Shown in pieces: positions 30,731-43,811 of a stretch of 64,000 nt of DNA; position 1 is the stretch's first letter, and the number at the start of each line of letters is the position of its first letter. This DNA is from an uncultured Acidobacteriota bacterium (GTDB lineage: Bacteria > Acidobacteriota > Thermoanaerobaculia > Multivoradales > UBA5704). A model generated the notes under the pieces. The model saw only the letters and a program-made list of their open reading frames with translations, was not told the origin of the DNA and made no database searches. Position numbers and translations under genes: made by a program. The stretch lies in assembly GCA_963770895.1 (NCBI GenBank), contig CAVYRF010000002.1, positions 960,001-1,024,000 on the forward strand, read 5' to 3'.

Positions 30731-32970
30731 GCTGGCGCCAGACCCTGCTGCGCCACCGCAAGGACCAGCGCCTGATCGTCGGCGCCCTGGCGGTGCTGCT
30801 GCTGCTGTTCACCACCACCTTCTACCTGTCGCTGCGCGAGCGCGACCTGCCGGCGCTGCTGGTCACCAACCGCGTGCTGCTGTTCGTGCTCTGGTACATC
30901 AACGTCGTCCTCATCCTCATCGTCGTCTTCGTCCTGCTGCGCAACGTTTTCAAGCTGCTCATCGAGCGCCGCAACCGGATCCTCGGCTCGACGTTCAAGG
31001 CCAAGCTGGTGGCGACCTACATCGGGCTTTCGCTGATCCCGGTGCTGGCCCTCTTCGCCATCGCCACCGAGCTCCTGCAGGGCTCGATCGACCGCTGGTT
31101 CAACACCCCGCTGCGCCCGGTCCTGGAGCGCGGCAGCGCGGTGGCGATGGCGCTGTACGACCGGGTGGAGCAGACCAACCTGCGCGACGCGGCCCGCGCG
31201 CTGCGCGAGACCGCCGCCCTGGACCCGCGGTCGCCGGCGATGACCCGGCGGCTGCAAGCGCTGCTGGCCGAGATGCACCTGGACGTGCTGTCGGTCTACC
31301 AGGGGAGCGAGTTCCAGCAAGGGGCGGTCAACTCGCAGTCGGGCCTGCAGGACCTCCCCGAACCGCGGCACAATTTCCTCGAAGAGGCCGCGGCGGAGGG
31401 CGAGGCGACCCTGATCGACACGCTCGCCGGCGGGCGCAGCCGGCTGATCTACGCCGCCGTGACGGCAGCCGGCGGGGACGCCGGCGCCAAGGGTGCCAAG
31501 GGCGCCAAGGGCGCCAGGCCCGCCGCCGGCCCGGCGCGCAGTGCGCCCTTGGTGGTGGTGGCGGGGACGCTGCTCGACCCGGTGCTGGGCGAGCGCACCG
31601 CCCGTCTGATCGGCGACTTTCAGGACTTTCGCCAGCTGGAGGTCGAAAAGGACGATCTGCGCGCGAGCCACCTGCTGATCTTCGCCATGGTCACCCTGGT
31701 CATCCTGCTGGCCTCCTCCTGGGTCGGGCTCTACCTGGCGCGGCGGGTGACGGTGCCGATCCAGGCGCTGGCGGAGGGCACGCGGCGGATCAGCGGCGGC
31801 AACCTGCACCATCGCGTGGACGTCCAGGCCGACGACGAGCTGGGGGTGCTGGTCGCCTCGTTCAACCGCATGACCGAGGAGCTGGCCAGCAACAAGGACC
31901 AGCTGGAGCGCGGCAACCGCGACCTGACCCTGAGCAACCAGCGGCTGGCGGCGGAGCGGGCGCTGATCGCCGCGGTGCTGCAGAGCGTCGCCGCCGGGGT
32001 GGTGTCGATCGACTCGCAGGGACGCATCCTGACCTGCAACGAGGCGGCCCTGCGGCTGCTGCGGCAGCGCGAAGACGAGGTGGTCGGCAGGCCGGTCGAA
32101 GAGGCCTGGTCGGACGGCGAGCGGCGCAAGCTGGCGGCGCTCGCCGCCACGCCGCGGCCGGCCGCCAGCCAGGAGGTGCACCTGTTCCTGGGCGGCGAAT
32201 GGACCACCTTCGACGCCACGGTGACCGCCCTGGAAGGGGCCGCCGGCACGCCGCGCGGCCGCGTGCTGGTGCTGGAAGACCTGACCGAGCTGATCAAGGC
32301 GCAGCAGCTGGCGGCGTGGAGCGAGGCGGCGAGGCGCATCGCGCACGAGATCAAGAACCCGCTCACCCCCATCCGCCTGGCCGCCGAACGCATGCTCAAG
32401 AAACACCGCCAGGGCGACCCCGGCCTGGCGCAGGCGCTGGAGGGCGGCGTGGAAATCATCGTCCGCGAGGTCGACACGCTGCAGGGGATGGTCGACGAGT
32501 TCTCGCGCTACGCCCGCATGCCGCGGCCGCGGCCGTCGCGGGTCGACCTGCCGCGGCTGCTCGACGAGACGGTGCACCTCTACCAGAACCTCAAGCCGGG
32601 CGTCGCCGTCGAGGCCGACCCCCAGGGCGACCTGGCGGCCATCTGGATCGACGGCGAGCAGATCAAGCGCGCCCTCATCAACCTGCTCGACAACGCCGTC
32701 GAGGCGACCGAGGCTCCCGGCCGCATCACCGTCGCGGCGCGCGCCGCGGACGGCCGGCTGGTCATCCGCGTCGCCGACACCGGCCGCGGCATCCCGCCGG
32801 CGGCCAAGGAGAAGCTGTTCCTGCCCTACTTCTCGACCAAGGGGCGCGGCACCGGCCTGGGGCTGGCCATCGTCCACCGCATCGTCTCCGACCATCACGG
32901 CGTCATCCGGGTCGAAGACAACCCGCCGCACGGCACGGTTTTCATCCTGGATCTGCCCAGCCAGTCCTGA
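30727..32970 (+). CDS. ntrY: NtrY-like sensor histidine kinase (HAMP-PAS-HisKA-HATPase)
   Basis: Three N-terminal TMs, 'SIDRWF', HAMP 'DELGVLVASFNRM', H-box 'AWSEAARRIAHEIKNPLTPI', 'NLLDNA', 'GTGLGL'. Confidence 0.93.
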   Translation: MSWRQTLLRHRKDQRLIVGALAVLLLLFTTTFYLSLRERDLPALLVTNRVLLFVLWYINVVLILIVVFVLLRNVFKLLIERRNRILGSTFKAKLVATYIGLSLIPVLALFAIATELLQGSIDRWFNTPLRPVLERGSAVAMALYDRVEQTNLRDAARALRETAALDPRSPAMTRRLQALLAEMHLDVLSVYQGSEFQQGAVNSQSGLQDLPEPRHNFLEEAAAEGEATLIDTLAGGRSRLIYAAVTAAGGDAGAKGAKGAKGARPAAGPARSAPLVVVAGTLLDPVLGERTARLIGDFQDFRQLEVEKDDLRASHLLIFAMVTLVILLASSWVGLYLARRVTVPIQALAEGTRRISGGNLHHRVDVQADDELGVLVASFNRMTEELASNKDQLERGNRDLTLSNQRLAAERALIAAVLQSVAAGVVSIDSQGRILTCNEAALRLLRQREDEVVGRPVEEAWSDGERRKLAALAATPRPAASQEVHLFLGGEWTTFDATVTALEGAAGTPRGRVLVLEDLTELIKAQQLAAWSEAARRIAHEIKNPLTPIRLAAERMLKKHRQGDPGLAQALEGGVEIIVREVDTLQGMVDEFSRYARMPRPRPSRVDLPRLLDETVHLYQNLKPGVAVEADPQGDLAAIWIDGEQIKRALINLLDNAVEATEAPGRITVAARAADGRLVIRVADTGRGIPPAAKEKLFLPYFSTKGRGTGLGLAIVHRIVSDHHGVIRVEDNPPHGTVFILDLPSQS

Positions 32971-33091
32971 TCCGCCGGCGCTGCGCCGGCCCGCCGGACG
33001 CGGCAGGCCGGCCGCACATGGGTTAAAATACCCGGCGATCCCTCAAACTCGGCACGGCGGAAGTCGCGGTCCGCGGTGGAGCACGTCGGGA

Positions 33092-35158
<2,067 letters not shown>

Positions 35159-35274
35159 TTTCCAGCGGGGCCATCCGGGATGTCTGGCAGTGTCCCGGCG
35201 TGGGGGGCGGCGGCTGGCCGGCCGACCGGCGGGCGCCGGCCGGGCACGGCCTGCCGTCGGGGCGAGGTTTGCGC

Positions 35275-35445
35275 TCAGCAGACCGGCAGGCAGCTGGCGT
35301 GCGGATAGGTGACCGTACAGTTGGGCGTGCAGCTGGTGGCGGGGCCGCTGATCACGCCGGCGGCGACGTCCTTGAGCTGCATCGGCGCCAGGTGGCGAAG
35401 GGTTTCGCGGTTGAGGGTGATGCGCTGCACCTTGTTGTTTTTCAT
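35275..35445 (-). CDS. Putative RiPP (lanthipeptide-like) precursor, 56 aa
   Basis: Hand translation: MKNNKVQRITLNRETLRHLAPMQLKDVAAG-VISGPATSCTPNCTVTYPHASCLPVC*; AAAAGGGG RBS; below the ORF-track length cutoff. Confidence 0.85.
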   Translation of the reverse strand: MKNNKVQRITLNRETLRHLAPMQLKDVAAGVISGPATSCTPNCTVTYPHASCLPVC

Positions 35446-35530
35446 GGCATGCCCCTTTTCGGTGAAGATTCATTCCTGAATAGGAACATCACTATATTCC
35501 AGGCGCACGCGGCGGCGCTAGAATGACGCC

Positions 35531-37086
<1,556 letters not shown>

Positions 37087-37090
<4 letters not shown>

Positions 37091-37563
37091 CCACCCAACC
37101 CGACGCCACTCCGCAGCAGCGCATCGAAGGCGACCTCAAGCAGTCCCTCAAGGCCGGCGACAAGGCCCGCCTGAGCACCCTGCGGCTGCTGCTGACCGAC
37201 ATCAAGAACGAGCGCATCCGGCGCGGCGGCGAAGTGGACCAGGCAGGCTTCGTGGCGCTCGTACGCAAGGCCATCAAGCAGCGCGAAGACGCGGCGGAGC
37301 AGTACCGCGCCGGCAACCGCCAGGAGCTGGCAGCCAAGGAAGAGGCCGAAAAGGAAATCCTGGCCAGCTACCTGCCGGCTGCCGCCAGCGAAGCGGACGT
37401 GCGCGCGGCGATCGCCGCCCTGATCGCCGAGCGCGGCCTGGCCGGACCGGCCGCCATCGGCCCGATCATGAAGGAGATGCTGGCGCGCTTCGGCACCAGC
37501 GCCGACGGCGCGACGATCAATCGCCTCGCCCGCGAGCTGCTCGCCGCCGGCGCCGCGCGCTGA
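37087..37563 (+). CDS. yqeY: GatB/YqeY domain protein
   Basis: 'DLKQSLKAGDKARLSTLRLL', 'KQREDAAEQY', 'EKEILASYLP', 'IGPIMK', 'ADG'. Confidence 0.92.
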
Positions 37564-37572
37564 GCTGCCGGC

Positions 37573-39720
37573 GTGGCCCCTTCCAAGGACCCTGCCCGTC
37601 CCCTTGCCGGCAACGGCGCCAACGGCGCCGGCGCGGCCGGCGCCGAAGGTGCCGCCGATCCCGCGGGCGGCGGCCCACCCAGCCTGCCGCACGCCCTGAT
37701 CGGCACCGCGGGCCACATCGATCACGGCAAGACCCGGCTGCTGCTGGCGCTCACCGGCATCGACTGCGACCGCTGGGCGGACGAAAAGGCGCGCGGCATC
37801 ACCATCGACCTCGGCTTCGCGCACCTGGCCGAAGCGGGGGTGCAGCTCGGTTTCGTCGACGTCCCCGGCCACGAGCGGTTCCTGCACAACGCCCTGGCGG
37901 GGCTCGGCGGCATCCGGGTGATGCTGCTGGTGGTGGCCGCCGACGAAGGGGTCAAGCCGCAGACCCGCGAGCACCTGGCCATCTGCTCGCTGCTCGGCAT
38001 TCCGGCGGCGGTGGTGGCGCTGACCAAGGCCGACCTGGCCAGCGCCGACCTGCTGGAGCTGGCGCAGCTGGAGATCGAAGACCTGCTGGCCGCCACCCCC
38101 TTTGCCGGCGCGCCGGTGCTGCCGGTGTCCAGCCTGACCGGGCAGGGCATCGCGGAGCTCAAGTCCGTGCTGCTGGCCGCGGCGGCGCGCCACGCGGTGG
38201 CCGCCGACCCGCGGCTGCCGGCGCGCCTGCCGATCGACCGCGCCTTCCACCTGCGCGGCCTGGGCGTGGTGGTGACCGGCACGCTGGCCGGCGGCGCGGT
38301 GCGCGTCGGCGACAGCCTGGAGCTGCTGCCGCCCGAAGCGGGGGTCGACGGCGCCGTACGGGTGCGCGCCATCCAGGTCCACGGCCAGGCGCGCCAGGAG
38401 GCTCTCGGTGGCGAGCGCACCTCGCTGCAGTTGAGCGGCGCGCCGCTCGAAGCCCTGCGGCGCGGCCAGCAGCTGGGCACCGTGGGCGCCTTCGCCGCCA
38501 CCACCAGCCTGCTGGCGCGCGTGCAGCTGCTGCCGGGGGCGGCGCCGCCTGGCGGCGGCGGCTTCATGCCGGTGCGGGTCCACCTGCATACCGGCCAGGC
38601 GCTGGGGCGGATGCGCTTTCTGCGTGCGCCGGCCAGCCCGGCGCACAGGGCAGCGGCAACGGCCGGGCCGGAGGCTACGACAGGGCCGGCGGCGACGGCG
38701 GGAACGGCGGCGGCGGAAGCGGCAGCAGCCGAAGCCGGCCAGGCACTGGCCGAGATCCGCCTGCAGACACCGCTGGCCGCGGTGCGCGGCGACCGGCTGA
38801 TCCTGCGCCGGCCGTCGCCCGCCGCGACGCTGGGGGGCGGCGAAGTGCTCGACCCGCGCTGGCGCCGCCACCGCGGCGCGGCGCTCGCCATCGCCCTGCC
38901 CGCCCTCGGCGGCGACGTCGATCGGGCGCTGGCGTTCTGGGCGCTGGAGGCCGGCGAAGGCGGGCTGGACGCGGACGCGGCCGGGCGCCGGCTGGGCGTG
39001 CCGCCGGCGCGGGCCGCGGCGCGCCTGGCCGCGCTGGCCAAGGGCGCCCGGCTGATCGAAGTGGCGGAGGGGCCGGGCCACGGCCGGGTGTGGATCGCTC
39101 CCGCCGCGGTGCAGCGCGTCGTCGAGCGCGCCCGGCGGGTGCTGGCGGACTACTTCGCGCGCCAGCGCCTGGCCGACGGCTGCCCCAAGGCGGAAGCGGT
39201 GCGGCGGATCCTGCGCGGCCGCGCCGCCGACCTGGCGCCGGTCTACCTGGCGTGGCTCGCGGCGCAGAAGGTGCTGGTGGTAAGCGGCGACCAGGTGACG
39301 CTGCCGGGGCGCAGCGCCCAGCTCACCGGCGACGAATCCAAGCTGGCGGCGGCGGCGCTGGCGGAGTTCGAACGCGGCGGCCTGACGCCCCCCTCGCCGG
39401 GCGAGGTGCGCCAGCTGCTCGCCGCCAAGCCGCAGATTCTGGAAGGCGTGCTGCACCACCTGGTGACCCGCGGCAAGCTCCTGCGCCTGCCGGGGGGGCT
39501 GATCGTCGCCGCCAGCGCCATCGCGGAGCTGCGGCGCGAGCTGCTCGCCACCGGATGGGAGCGCTTTTCGGTGCCGCAGTTCAAGGAGCGCTTCAACTTC
39601 AGCCGCAAATGGGCCATCCCGTTGCTGGAGCACCTGGACAGCGCCGGGATCACCCAACGCGCCGGCGACGAGCGCCTGGTGCTCAGGACGCCGCAGCCGG
39701 CGGCAGCGCCGGATCGCTAG
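37573..39720 (+). CDS. selB: Selenocysteine-specific translation elongation factor
   Basis: 'IGTAGHIDHGKT', 'RGITIDLGFA', 'DVPGHERF', 'TKAD', SECIS-binding winged helix 'SRKWAIPLLEHLD...R'. Confidence 0.96.
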   Translation: MAPSKDPARPLAGNGANGAGAAGAEGAADPAGGGPPSLPHALIGTAGHIDHGKTRLLLALTGIDCDRWADEKARGITIDLGFAHLAEAGVQLGFVDVPGHERFLHNALAGLGGIRVMLLVVAADEGVKPQTREHLAICSLLGIPAAVVALTKADLASADLLELAQLEIEDLLAATPFAGAPVLPVSSLTGQGIAELKSVLLAAAARHAVAADPRLPARLPIDRAFHLRGLGVVVTGTLAGGAVRVGDSLELLPPEAGVDGAVRVRAIQVHGQARQEALGGERTSLQLSGAPLEALRRGQQLGTVGAFAATTSLLARVQLLPGAAPPGGGGFMPVRVHLHTGQALGRMRFLRAPASPAHRAAATAGPEATTGPAATAGTAAAEAAAAEAGQALAEIRLQTPLAAVRGDRLILRRPSPAATLGGGEVLDPRWRRHRGAALAIALPALGGDVDRALAFWALEAGEGGLDADAAGRRLGVPPARAAARLAALAKGARLIEVAEGPGHGRVWIAPAAVQRVVERARRVLADYFARQRLADGCPKAEAVRRILRGRAADLAPVYLAWLAAQKVLVVSGDQVTLPGRSAQLTGDESKLAAAALAEFERGGLTPPSPGEVRQLLAAKPQILEGVLHHLVTRGKLLRLPGGLIVAASAIAELRRELLATGWERFSVPQFKERFNFSRKWAIPLLEHLDSAGITQRAGDERLVLRTPQPAAAPDR

Positions 39721-39747
39721 TAAGGACTATTAGATCGAGAGGGACCC

Positions 39748-40122
39748 ATGAAGACCATCGCCGTGCTCGGCGCCTCCGCCGACCGCAGCAAGTTCGGCAA
39801 CAAGTGCGTGCGCGCCTACCTTGCCACCGGCTGGCAGGTCTACCCGGTGAATCCTGCCGGGCACGACATCGAAGGCTTGCCGGTCTGCCACGACCTGTCC
39901 GCGGTGCCGCAGCCGCTCGACCGCGTCAGCGTCTACCTGGCGCCGCCGCTCACCCTCGCCCTGCTGCCGGCGATCGCCGCCTGCGGGGCGCGCGAGGTCT
40001 GGTTCAACCCCGGCGCGGCGGACGGCGCCGTGCTGGCCGAAGCGCGGCGCCTGGGAATCCCCAGCCGCCCCGGATGCAGCATCGTCGACATCGGCCGCAG
40101 CCCGTCCGAGTTCCCCGGCTGA
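39748..40122 (+). CDS. CoA-binding protein (YccU-like)
   Basis: 'TIAVLGASADRSKFGN', 'VYPVNP', 'VWFNPGA', C-terminal 'CSIV'. Confidence 0.92.
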   Translation: MKTIAVLGASADRSKFGNKCVRAYLATGWQVYPVNPAGHDIEGLPVCHDLSAVPQPLDRVSVYLAPPLTLALLPAIAACGAREVWFNPGAADGAVLAEARRLGIPSRPGCSIVDIGRSPSEFPG

Positions 40123-40247
40123 ACAAAATAGAACGGCAAACGTATACAGGCGTAGACTCCGGCTGGATGGCGTCGTAGCGTCAGGCCTGACTCCGCGGGG
40201 GCGGGGCGCCCAATGCCAGGCCGTGGTCCCTTCGGGAGGACGACCAG

Positions 40248-43200
40248 ATGTTTGCGGTGCTCGTGCACCCGGCGCTCTACCAGCGTTTGCGGCGGGGCTC
40301 GCCGGCCTTGCGCTCGCGGGTGCACAAGACGCTGCTGCGGCTGCGCGACGGCCGCTGGGGAGGCGGCACGCGGGTCAAGCGGCTGCGCGGCGCCTCCCAC
40401 GCCGTCTACGAAGCGCGCACCGACGGCGGCGACCGCATGCTCTTCACCATGGCGCGCCTCGCCGCCGGCGGCGGCGACCCGGCGGGCGGCGACGCTCTCC
40501 ATTTGCAGATCTGGGACCTGGTGGAACACGACGACGTCGACCGCGCCGCCCGGCGCACCCGCTCGCCCGAGGCCGGGTTCCTGGCCCTGGCCGCGCTCGA
40601 AGAGTTCGAGATCAGCGAGCCGCCGCCCTATCCCGACGCTCCCTTCAGCGCCTGGAGCGGCGCGGGCGACCAGGACCCGCTGCTGCGCTTCCTGCTGCCC
40701 GACGCCGACCCCGCGGCGGCGGCCGGCCCCGCCGGCGACTCCGCAGCCGACGCCCGGCTTGCCGCGGCCGCCGGCGGAAGCGGGACCGGGGCGGCGCCGC
40801 GCAACGTCCGCTGGTTCCAGCTCGACGCGGCCTGGCTGGCGGGCGAAGCGCAGTTCCAGCAGCTGCTCGACCGCGCCGGCGACCAGCTGGAGCTGAAGCT
40901 GGACGCCGAGCAGCTCCGCATCCTGCGGGCGCCGGGCCCGCTGCTGCTCGCCGGCAGCGCCGGCAGCGGCAAGACCACCCTGGCCGTGCACCGTCTGGCC
41001 GCTGCCGCCCTGGCGCCCGGCGACGGCCGCGCGCTGTACGTCTCGTGCAGTCCGGCCCTGGTCGAGCGCGCCCGCCGGCTCTACGACGACCTGACGGCGC
41101 TGCGCGGTGGCGACGCGGCAGCGTTGCGCGATGGCGACGCGGCGGCGCGGCGCCCCGACTTCTTCACTTTCGACGACCTGTACGCCACCGTGGTGGGGCG
41201 CGACTTCGAGCGCCACCGCTCCCGCCTGATGAGCGAAGCGGCCTTCGAAGAGTGGTTCCGCCGCGCCGGCCGGCCGCTCGATCCGGCGCTGGTGTGGCAG
41301 GAGGTGCGCAGCATCCTCAAAGGCGCCTGCCTGGCCCCCGGCAAGAGCGCCATGCTCGACCGCGACCAGTACTTTGAGCTGGGCCGCAAGCGCGCGCCGC
41401 TCTTTGTCGACCTGCGCCCGCAGATCTACCGCATCGCCGAGCGCTACCAGCAGTGGCTCGCCGAAGAAGACCGCCTGGACTCGATCGATCTCTGCCGCCT
41501 GGCCCTGGGCGAGCTGCGACGGCGCCGCGGCGGACCCTACGACGTGGTGATCTGCGACGAGGTGCAGGACCTGACGGAACTGGAAGTCGGTTTCGTGATC
41601 GCTCTGTCGGCCCGCACCGACCTGGCCGGCGTGATGCTGGCCGGCGACGCCCAGCAGGTCCTGAACCCCAGCGGCTTCCGCTGGGCCGAGGTCCGCCGCC
41701 TGGCCGCGCGCCACGCCCGCCAGCAGGCGCCGCCCGCCGTCCTGCACCTGCGCGACCCCGCCCGCTCCACCGCGCCCCTGTGCGCCTTCGCCAGCGCCCT
41801 GTCCACCCTGCGCCGCGACGTCTTCGGCCGCGGCGACGGCGAGCAAGGCGAAGACGAGCTGCCCGCCACCGCCCCCGGCCCCTTCCCGGTCCAGATCTTC
41901 GGCGATGAGGCGGCCGTCGTGGCATCGATCGTCGCGGTCGCCACCCCCGGCGCCAACGACGCGGGCCACGAGCGCGGCTTGGATCGCGGGAACCCAGCGC
42001 ATTGCGGGTACGACGCCGACGACGCCGGCGGTTGCGCCGTGCTGGTGGCGGATGCCGTCACCGCCCAGGCGCTGCGCGAGCGTCTGCCCGGATGCGCCGT
42101 GCTGACGGTGGCCCAGGCCAAGGGGCTGGAGTTCGACACCGTGGTGATGTGGCGGCTGCTGGCGGCGGACGCCGACCTGGTGGAGCGCCACCTGCGCGGC
42201 GAAGCGCGCGGCGAGCGGGAGGCGCGCTTTGCGCGGCTGCTGCGCTGGCTCTACGTCGCCGCAACGCGCGCCCGGCGCTGCCTGGCGGTCTACGAGGGCC
42301 AGGCGCCGCACCCCTTCTGGGGCCGCGCGCCGCTGGCCGCCGCGCTCGACCCTCTGCCGGCGCAGCACCTGCCGCGCGTCTTCCGCGCCGCCGCCGATCC
42401 GGAGGAGTGGGAGCGCCAGGGCGACTTTTTCGCCGCCCAGGACCTGCCGCGCCAGGCCGCCGAGTGCTACCGCCGCGCCGGCCTGGTGGAGCGCGAAACC
42501 GCAACCCTGGCGCAAGCCGACGAGGCGCGCCAGGATTGGGCGGCGGCGCTCGCCCGCTGGCAGGCGCTGGGCGGCACGGCACCGGCCCGCGAAGCGCCGC
42601 TGCTCGCGCGCCTGGGCCGCTTCGCCGCCGCCGCCGAGCGCTACCGCGCCGCCGGCCAGCGCGCCGCGGCGCTACGCTGCGACCTCCTGCTGCTGGAAAG
42701 CCGCGGCGCCTGGACCGACGCCGCCCGCGGCTGGGAAGACCTGGGCGACGACACGCGCGCCGCCCGCTGCTGGGCCGCCGCCGGCCAACGACGCGCCGCG
42801 ACCGCCGCCACCCTGCGCACCGCCGAAGCCGCCGGCGACTGGCCCACCGCCGCCGCCGGCTGGCTCGACCTCGGCGAGCACGACCGCGCCGCCCGCGCCT
42901 TCACCGCCGCCGCCGACCCCCGCGGCGCCGCCCACGCCGCGGCCCTGGCGCACCGCGAAGCCGGACGCTGGCCCGCCGCCGCCGCCGCCTTCCGCCTGTG
43001 CGGCCGCCGCCAGGACGCGCACCACTGCCTTGCCCAAGCCTTCGAAGCCGCCGGCCGCCCCCGCCAGGCAGCCCGCCACTGGCTGCACCTGGGCGACCCC
43101 GCCAGCCATCGCCGCGCCGTCGATCGCCTGGTCGAAGCCGGCGCCTGGCTCGACGTCGCCCGCCTGGAGCCCGCCGCACCGCCCCCCGCAACCGAATCCG

Positions 43201-43811
43201 CCGGCGCCAAGCCCGGCAGCCGCGTCCTGACCCACATCGAGCAGCTGGTGGCTGACCGGACAAGCGAGCGGGAGGATGGCAACGCTGCCGTCCTGCTGGC
43301 CACACGGAGGGAGGCTCTGACGCCGCTGCTGCCGGAGGTGCCTTGGTTTCTGGCGGGCGCGGAGGAGCGGCGGGCGCGGGCGGAGTTGCAAGCGGTCGAG
43401 CAGCTCGAGCTGCGCCGGCGCGCCATCGCGGCGGAACGGGCGGGGGCTTGGAGCCGCGCCAGCCGGTGCTGGCGGCGGGCGGGCGACCTGCGGCGGGCTG
43501 ACGGCGCGCGCGACCGGCGGATCGCCGGACTTGCCGATCCGCTGCGCCAGGTGCGGGCCTGGTGGCTGACGGGCGACCCTGCCAGCCGCCGGCGTGCCGC
43601 GGCGTTGGCCGCCGGCGCCGCGGCGCGCGGGCCGCTGCTGACTGTCGCCGTCGCGGCGCTGGCTGCTGAAGGTGAGGGCCGCTGGCAGACGGCCGCGGAG
43701 CTGTGGGCGCGGATCGCGCGGCGCGGCGACGTGATGCGCTGCATGGCCCGGGTGGCCGCATTCCGTGACGAGGCGCTGCCGCCGGCCCACGGCGGCAGGA
43801 GGCGGTCCTGA
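40248..43811 (+). CDS. RelE/ParE-like domain + SF1 (UvrD-like) helicase + TPR-like repeats
   Basis: GGAGG RBS; N-terminal 'VKRLRG...VYEARTDGGDRMLF'; helicase 'LDAEQ', 'GSAGSGKTT', 'CDEVQDL', 'AGDAQQ', 'AKGLEFD', 'LYVAATRAR'; C-terminal Trp/Ala helical repeats. Confidence 0.88.
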   Translation: MFAVLVHPALYQRLRRGSPALRSRVHKTLLRLRDGRWGGGTRVKRLRGASHAVYEARTDGGDRMLFTMARLAAGGGDPAGGDALHLQIWDLVEHDDVDRAARRTRSPEAGFLALAALEEFEISEPPPYPDAPFSAWSGAGDQDPLLRFLLPDADPAAAAGPAGDSAADARLAAAAGGSGTGAAPRNVRWFQLDAAWLAGEAQFQQLLDRAGDQLELKLDAEQLRILRAPGPLLLAGSAGSGKTTLAVHRLAAAALAPGDGRALYVSCSPALVERARRLYDDLTALRGGDAAALRDGDAAARRPDFFTFDDLYATVVGRDFERHRSRLMSEAAFEEWFRRAGRPLDPALVWQEVRSILKGACLAPGKSAMLDRDQYFELGRKRAPLFVDLRPQIYRIAERYQQWLAEEDRLDSIDLCRLALGELRRRRGGPYDVVICDEVQDLTELEVGFVIALSARTDLAGVMLAGDAQQVLNPSGFRWAEVRRLAARHARQQAPPAVLHLRDPARSTAPLCAFASALSTLRRDVFGRGDGEQGEDELPATAPGPFPVQIFGDEAAVVASIVAVATPGANDAGHERGLDRGNPAHCGYDADDAGGCAVLVADAVTAQALRERLPGCAVLTVAQAKGLEFDTVVMWRLLAADADLVERHLRGEARGEREARFARLLRWLYVAATRARRCLAVYEGQAPHPFWGRAPLAAALDPLPAQHLPRVFRAAADPEEWERQGDFFAAQDLPRQAAECYRRAGLVERETATLAQADEARQDWAAALARWQALGGTAPAREAPLLARLGRFAAAAERYRAAGQRAAALRCDLLLLESRGAWTDAARGWEDLGDDTRAARCWAAAGQRRAATAATLRTAEAAGDWPTAAAGWLDLGEHDRAARAFTAAADPRGAAHAAALAHREAGRWPAAAAAFRLCGRRQDAHHCLAQAFEAAGRPRQAARHWLHLGDPASHRRAVDRLVEAGAWLDVARLEPAAPPPATESAGAKPGSRVLTHIEQLVADRTSEREDGNAAVLLATRREALTPLLPEVPWFLAGAEERRARAELQAVEQLELRRRAIAAERAGAWSRASRCWRRAGDLRRADGARDRRIAGLADPLRQVRAWWLTGDPASRRRAAALAAGAAARGPLLTVAVAALAAEGEGRWQTAAELWARIARRGDVMRCMARVAAFRDEALPPAHGGRRRS

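Noticed and set aside
40121-40134. GAAC-N6-GAAC upstream of the RelE-helicase gene as a LexA box
   Set aside because: The Acidobacterium/alphaproteobacterial box is GTTC-N7-GTTC; spacing here is 6 and no such box was seen before uvrA or SRAP.
37563-40248. tRNA-Sec, selA/selD or UGA-recoded selenoproteins near selB
   Set aside because: No tRNA-like sequence found, and TGA stops examined nearby end full-length proteins with no in-frame continuation of homology.
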